Assembly (NCBI RefSeq): GCF_001457595.1
Contig: NZ_LN831039.1
Span: forward strand, 5,880,001 to 5,912,000
Origin: Mycolicibacterium smegmatis
GTDB lineage: Bacteria; Actinomycetota; Actinomycetes; Mycobacteriales; Mycobacteriaceae
Length of the DNA stretch: 32,000 bases
Reading direction: 5' to 3'
Below, in pieces: positions 27,763-32,000 of this stretch. Position numbers and translations under genes: made by a program. The notes beneath the pieces were generated by a model. It was given only the letters and a program-made list of their open reading frames with translations, was not told the origin of the DNA and did not search any database. Numbering within the stretch: position 1 is the first letter of the stretch; every line of letters starts with the position of its first letter.

Positions 27763-29406
27763 TCAGGCGATGTCGGCGGCCGCACCGCGGCCGGCGGCAC
27801 GCCCGGAGAAGATGCAGCCGCCGAGGAACGTCCCCTCCAGCGACCGGTAGCCGTGCACGCCGCCGCCGCCGAATCCCGCGGCCTCACCGGCCGCGTACAA
27901 CCCGCCGAACGTGGTGCCGTCCTCTTTGAGGACGCGCGAGTCCAGGTCGGTTTCCAGTCCCCCCAGCGTCTTTCGCGTGAGGATGTGCAGTTTCACCGCG
28001 ATCAGCGGACCCGCCTTGGGATCGGTGAGGCGGTGCGGTGCGACGACGCGCGTGAACCGGTCGCCCAGGTAGTTGCGCGCGGCGCGGATCGCGGTGATCT
28101 GGCCGTCCTTGGTGAAGCGGTTGGCCACCTCACGGTCGCGCGCGGTGACCTCGGCCGCCACCTTGGCGTAGTCCAGCGGTACGACGTCGGGCAGATCGTT
28201 CATGCCTGCCACCAGATCCCGCAGCGAGGTGGCGCTCACGAAGTCGACGCCGTGGTCGACGAACGCCTGCACGGGCGCCGGCGCACCGGGCTTGACGCGC
28301 GAGAGGAGGTCGCGCACGTTGCGTGATGTGAGATCCGGGTTCTGCTCCTGGCCCGACAGCGCAAACTCCTTGGCGATGATGCGCGCGTTGAGGATGAACC
28401 ACGTGTAGTCCTGCCCGCTGCGGCAGATGTGCTCCAACGTGCCGAGCGTGTCGTATCCGGGATACAGCGGGACAGGGAGCCGATCGCCGTTGGCGTCCAA
28501 CCACAGTGACGACGGACCGGGCAGGATCCGGATGCCATGGTTGGGCCACACGGGGTCGTAGTTGGTGATGCCTTCGGTGTAGTGCCACATGCGGTCGTTG
28601 TTGATCACGTGGGCGCCCGCCGATTCGGCGATGCCGATCATGCGGCCGTCGACGTGCGCGGGCACGCCGCTGATCAACTGATCGGGCACCCGGCCAAGCC
28701 GCGCCGGCCAGTTCTTGCGCACCAGTTCCAGGTTGCCACCTATGCCGCCGCTCGCGACGATCACCGCGGAGGCTCGGAATTCGAAGTCGCCGACCACTTT
28801 CCGCGACGACGCGACACCGCGCGGGGCGTTGCTGGGCTCCAGGATCGAGCCGCGCACCCCGGCCACCAGGCCCTCGTTGACGATGAGTTCGTCGACCCGG
28901 TGCCGGTGGGCGAACCGCACCCGCACGCTGTCGCGGATGCGCCGCGCGAAGATTTCGACGAGCGCCGGACCGGTGCCCCACGTGATGTGGAACCGTGGCA
29001 CCGAATTGCCGTGCCCCAGCGCGTCGTACCCGCCGCGCTCGGCCCAGCCGACCAGCGGGAAGGTCTGCAGCCCACGCGCCCGCAACCAGCTGCGCTTCTC
29101 CCCCGCCGCGAAGTCGACGTAGGCATGGGCCCACTCACGCGGCCAGTGGTCCTCGGGCCGGTCGAAGCCCGCGGTGCCCAGCCAGTCCTGCAGGGCGAGT
29201 TCCTGGCTGTCGCGGATCCCGAGCCTGCGCTGCTCGGGACTGTTGACGAAGAACAGGCCCCCGAACGACCAGAAGGCCTGGCCACCGATGTTGGCCGCGT
29301 TCTCCTGGTCGACGATGATCACGCTGTGCCCGCGTTCGACGAGCTCGCATGCGGCGACCAGTCCGGCCAGACCTGCCCCCACGACGATGACGTCGGCGTC
29401 TGCCAT
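27763..29406 (-). CDS. FAD-binding dehydrogenase (KstD/fumarate reductase-like flavoprotein)
   Basis: 547 aa. VIVVGAGLAGLVAACELVERGHSVIIVDQE and IVASGGIGGNLELV motifs, and C-terminal GGLYAAGEAAGFGGGGVHGYRSLEGTFLGGCIFSGRAAGR. Confidence 0.95.
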   Translation of the reverse strand: MADADVIVVGAGLAGLVAACELVERGHSVIIVDQENAANIGGQAFWSFGGLFFVNSPEQRRLGIRDSQELALQDWLGTAGFDRPEDHWPREWAHAYVDFAAGEKRSWLRARGLQTFPLVGWAERGGYDALGHGNSVPRFHITWGTGPALVEIFARRIRDSVRVRFAHRHRVDELIVNEGLVAGVRGSILEPSNAPRGVASSRKVVGDFEFRASAVIVASGGIGGNLELVRKNWPARLGRVPDQLISGVPAHVDGRMIGIAESAGAHVINNDRMWHYTEGITNYDPVWPNHGIRILPGPSSLWLDANGDRLPVPLYPGYDTLGTLEHICRSGQDYTWFILNARIIAKEFALSGQEQNPDLTSRNVRDLLSRVKPGAPAPVQAFVDHGVDFVSATSLRDLVAGMNDLPDVVPLDYAKVAAEVTARDREVANRFTKDGQITAIRAARNYLGDRFTRVVAPHRLTDPKAGPLIAVKLHILTRKTLGGLETDLDSRVLKEDGTTFGGLYAAGEAAGFGGGGVHGYRSLEGTFLGGCIFSGRAAGRGAAADIA

Positions 29407-29427
29407 GAGACGTCACCATAGCGCGAG

Positions 29428-30144
29428 TCAGGCGGCCTTGTTCAGTACAGAGGGCGAAGCAGATTCGGGCTGCCATCGATACACCGTGGGCACGCATCCG
29501 TGCAGCAAAGCCAGATCGACCGCGTCGAGCATGGCCTGGCGCGGTCCCGGCGCCCGCAGGTGCCGCGCGGCAACCGCGACTCGCACCACCCCGCCGCGGC
29601 GCGCGGTGCGCTCGGCGGTCAGCACCAGCGTGCGGCACCACCACGGTTCGGTGAGGAAACCTTCCCCGATTCCGACGACGCGGGCGCGGGTGGTGGTCCG
29701 GCGGACCAGGTCGGTGATCCCGTGCAGGTCGGCCACCAATCGAAAGCCGTTGCGCGGCAGCGCCGTCACCGTTCCCGGTGAGACGTTCCAACCGGGGGCC
29801 GCGAACAGCCTGGTGCGCAGGCCCAGGTGTTCGAGGATCCGGTCGGCGCCGAGCAACCGCAGGTTGGCCTCGTGCGCGGGCAGCGCGGCGAACTCACCGC
29901 GGCGTTTCTTCGTCGTGGCCTCGTCGTAACCGTGCAGCACCACGGCGTCGCCGGACGCGCGCCGCGCGGTGAGCCACCCGACGGTCTGGGCATCGCTCTC
30001 GAGCCGGTAGCCACCCTTGAGCCGCGGCACCACCAGCAGTGACGCGGGCACACCGCGGGCATCGAGTTCGGCGCAGAACGTCGCGACCTCGTCCAGGGTG
30101 CGGTGGCTGATCTGGGAGATCGAGACGATGAGTTGTCCGGTCAC
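29428..30144 (-). CDS. DUF2334 polysaccharide deacetylase-like protein
   Basis: GTG start. VSISQISHRTLDEVATFCAELDARGVPASLLVVPR and DAVVLHGYDE, typical of the family. Confidence 0.85.
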   Translation of the reverse strand: MTGQLIVSISQISHRTLDEVATFCAELDARGVPASLLVVPRLKGGYRLESDAQTVGWLTARRASGDAVVLHGYDEATTKKRRGEFAALPAHEANLRLLGADRILEHLGLRTRLFAAPGWNVSPGTVTALPRNGFRLVADLHGITDLVRRTTTRARVVGIGEGFLTEPWWCRTLVLTAERTARRGGVVRVAVAARHLRAPGPRQAMLDAVDLALLHGCVPTVYRWQPESASPSVLNKAA

Positions 30145-30208
30145 GACGCGAGTGTGGCGTCCCCAGGTGTCGCGATGGTTGCCGGCACCCGCACTGCGGG
30201 TGTCCGGT

Positions 30209-30694
30209 TTACGAAACGACCTTCTCGATCGCCTCGATCACCTCAGGCGCGTCCGGTTCTGTGCGGGGCCGGAACCGGTTGACGACGGTGCCATCGGCGG
30301 CCAGCAGGAACTTCTCGAAGTTCCACTGGATGTCGCCCGCCTCGCCACCGGCGTCGGGGGTCTCGGTCAGTGCGGCGTACAGCGGGTGGCGCTCTGCGCC
30401 GTTGACGTCGGTCTTGGCCAGCAACGGGAACGTCACGCCGTAGGTGGTCGAACAGAACGTCTGAATTTCCTCGGCCGTGCCCGGTTCCTGTCCCATGAAT
30501 TGGTTACAGGGCACACCGATCACCGTGAGGCCGCGGTCACCGTATTCCTGCGCGAGTTTCTCCAGTGCGCTGTATTGCGGTGTCAGACCGCATTTCGAGG
30601 CGACGTTGACGACGAGTGCGGCCCCGGGGGCCAACTCGCCGAGCGTGGTCTGCTTGCCGTCGAGGGTGGTCAAGTTGATGTTCTTGAGGCTCAC
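30209..30694 (-). CDS. Glutathione peroxidase family (Cys-type thiol peroxidase)
   Basis: GTG at 30694: VSLKNINLTTLDGKQTTL...VVNVASKCGLTPQYSALEKLAQEYGDRGLTVIGVPCNQFMGQEPG...WNFEKFLL. Confidence 0.95.
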   Translation of the reverse strand: MSLKNINLTTLDGKQTTLGELAPGAALVVNVASKCGLTPQYSALEKLAQEYGDRGLTVIGVPCNQFMGQEPGTAEEIQTFCSTTYGVTFPLLAKTDVNGAERHPLYAALTETPDAGGEAGDIQWNFEKFLLAADGTVVNRFRPRTEPDAPEVIEAIEKVVS

Positions 30695-30713
30695 CGGTGC
30701 GACGCTACCGGAG

Positions 30714-31259
30714 TCAGCCGTCGAACAGGATGGCTCCCAGACGCTCGACCGTGGCGATCGGGTCACGGTCGGTGTCGATCGCGTCGTTGAGCCACAGCAG
30801 CGAAAAACCGTGCACCATCGACCATGCCGCGAGCGCAGCCCCAGCCGGATCGTCCTTGGCCTTGGGGTCGTCGAGGGTGCCGACCCCGCGGTTGAGCTCG
30901 GCACCCGCCGCCGAGGCGGCCGCGACGAGACCCGGGTCGGTGTCGTCGTACAGCGACTTGTCGAACATGACCGCGTAGTGGCCCGGATGATCGAGCGCGA
31001 AGCGCACATACGCCTTGGCGGCGTCGATGAACTGCCCGCGCACGTCTTTCAGCGCGTCGGCCAGCAGTTGGTACCCCTCGGTGGCCAGCGCGGTGAACAG
31101 GCCGCGCCGGTCGGTGAAATGGTGCGCCGGCGCGGCGTGAGAGACCCCCGCGGTGCGCGCGAGTTCGCGCAGCGAGATGCCGTCCGCTCCGCGCTCGGCC
31201 ACCAGCGTCGCCGCGTGCTGCAGGATCACAGCCTTGAGGTCGCCATGGTGGTACGCCAT
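30714..31259 (-). CDS. TetR family transcriptional regulator
   Basis: ATG at 31259: MAYHHGDLKAVILQHAATLVAERGADGISLRELARTAGVSHAAPAHHFTDRRGLFTALA, an HTH of TetR type. Confidence 0.93.
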   Translation of the reverse strand: MAYHHGDLKAVILQHAATLVAERGADGISLRELARTAGVSHAAPAHHFTDRRGLFTALATEGYQLLADALKDVRGQFIDAAKAYVRFALDHPGHYAVMFDKSLYDDTDPGLVAAASAAGAELNRGVGTLDDPKAKDDPAGAALAAWSMVHGFSLLWLNDAIDTDRDPIATVERLGAILFDG

Positions 31260-31277
31260 ACCGACGATCCTATCGAA

Positions 31278-31340
31278 CCAATCTTGACAGTGCCTAAATC
31301 GACGCGCACAATCGCAGGATCTAGCCACTGACAAGATTGG
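31278..31340. promoter_or_regulatory. Candidate bidirectional operator: 15-nt inverted repeat (14/15) in the TetR/DoxX divergent region
   Basis: CCAATCTTGACAGTG (31278-31292) and CACTGACAAGATTGG (31326-31340). The reverse complement of the left arm is CACTGTCAAGATTGG (one mismatch). Confidence 0.65.
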
Positions 31341-31347
31341 ATGGAGC

Positions 31348-31797
31348 ATGGCGGTATTCGCGACACTGGTGCTCGGCACCGTCATCGCCAGGATCGTGGG
31401 ACTGCTCGGCGTCGCCTACGTCGACACGTGGTCGTCGGCGGCCGCGGTCGGCCTGGCCGCGATGTTCGCGCTGACCGGGATCGCCCACTTCGTCGATCCG
31501 TTGCGCCGCGACATGATCGCGATCGTGCCGCCGCGCCTGCCCGCGCCGGGACTGCTGGTCACCGTCACCGGCGCGCTCGAACTCCTCGGCGCGGCAGGCC
31601 TGCTGTACCCGCCGACGCGCGTCGCGGCCGCGGTGTGCCTGTTCGTGTTGATGCTGGCCATGTTCCCGGCCAACGTCTACGCCGCGCGGATGCCCGATCC
31701 GCCCAAGTCGATGACGTCGAAGCTAGGTGTCCGGACCGCCGAAGAGGGCGTCTACCTGGCCGCTGCCGTACTGGTCGCGATCGGCGGCGGCCAATAG
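31348..31797 (+). CDS. DoxX-like small membrane protein
   Basis: 149 aa. GLAAMFALTGIAHFVDPLRRDMIAIVPPRLPAPGLLVTVTGALELLGAAGLL and WP/FPANVYAA-type DoxX pattern. Confidence 0.87.
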   Translation: MAVFATLVLGTVIARIVGLLGVAYVDTWSSAAAVGLAAMFALTGIAHFVDPLRRDMIAIVPPRLPAPGLLVTVTGALELLGAAGLLYPPTRVAAAVCLFVLMLAMFPANVYAARMPDPPKSMTSKLGVRTAEEGVYLAAAVLVAIGGGQ

Positions 31798-32000
31798 CCA
31801 CGCGTACTGGAACGCGGCCTCGCGCCACCGCTCGTAGCGTCCGCTCAGCCCACCGTGGCCCGCCACCATCTCGGTCTTGAGCAGCACCGGGTTGTTGTCG
31901 GTCTTGGTGTGACGAAGCGCGGCAACCCATTTCGCCGGTTCGACGTAGTACACGCGGGTGTCGTTGAGCGACGTCATCGCCAGGATCGGCGGATAGTCCT
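31723..32000 (-). CDS. C-terminus of an S9 prolyl oligopeptidase/protease II-like enzyme (continues past the window)
   Basis: The reverse strand from the right edge reads DYPPILAMTSLNDTRVYYVEPAKWVAALRHTKTDNNPVLLKTEMVAGHGGLSGRYERWREAAFQYAWLL, the S9 catalytic Asp/His region. It overlaps the convergent DoxX-like gene by 75 bp. Confidence 0.93.
   Translation of the reverse strand, partial: DYPPILAMTSLNDTRVYYVEPAKWVAALRHTKTDNNPVLLKTEMVAGHGGLSGRYERWREAAFQYAWLLAAADRDQYGSGQVDALFGGPDT

Noticed and set aside
30620-30640. Possible selenocysteine glutathione peroxidase
   Set aside because: The active-site codon encodes Cys in VASKCGLTPQY and there is no in-frame TGA at that position.
1-32000. CRISPR arrays, tRNA/rRNA genes, IS elements, prophage genes, retrons
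   Set aside because: No regularly spaced direct repeats, no recognisable tRNA/rRNA sequence, and no transposase, integrase or reverse-transcriptase motifs were seen while reading the window and ORF track. Not confirmed with dedicated tools.

Overview
High-GC actinobacterial chromosomal window. Gene content and order look like a Mycolicibacterium (M. smegmatis-like) version of the Rv0780-Rv0813 neighbourhood of M. tuberculosis; this assignment is from recall and was not searched. The backbone is housekeeping: purM, purF, purL and purQ/purS, a PabC-like lyase, a YgfZ-like protein, a DUF3073 protein and an M18 aminopeptidase. Around these lie an FAD monooxygenase, two DoxX-like membrane proteins, an orphan MCE-domain protein, a PPOX/F420-type oxidoreductase, a small lipoprotein, an APC-type transporter, a CPBP protease, an Abhydrolase_9-type membrane hydrolase, a cation/proton antiporter, a TPP enzyme, a VOC protein, a DyP peroxidase-encapsulin nanocompartment operon, an MBL hydrolase, a KstD-like flavoprotein, a DUF2334 deacetylase, a glutathione peroxidase and a TetR regulator. 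The best-supported system is the known DyP-encapsulin operon, with a C-terminal cargo peptide readable in the DyP sequence. I found no CRISPR array, tRNA, rRNA, transposase, phage or obvious novel defence system. The more unusual signals are regulatory: a MerR-type dyad with 19-bp spacer upstream of the PPOX gene; a 15-nt (14/15) inverted repeat in the TetR/DoxX divergent region; at least a dozen starts with TAnnnT 6-8 nt before ATG/GTG (predicted leaderless mRNAs); a likely CTG start on an SDR gene; nested hairpins and a perfect 9-nt Shine-Dalgarno match in an intergenic region; and a truncated tandem paralogue of a Pro-rich lipoprotein at the left edge.
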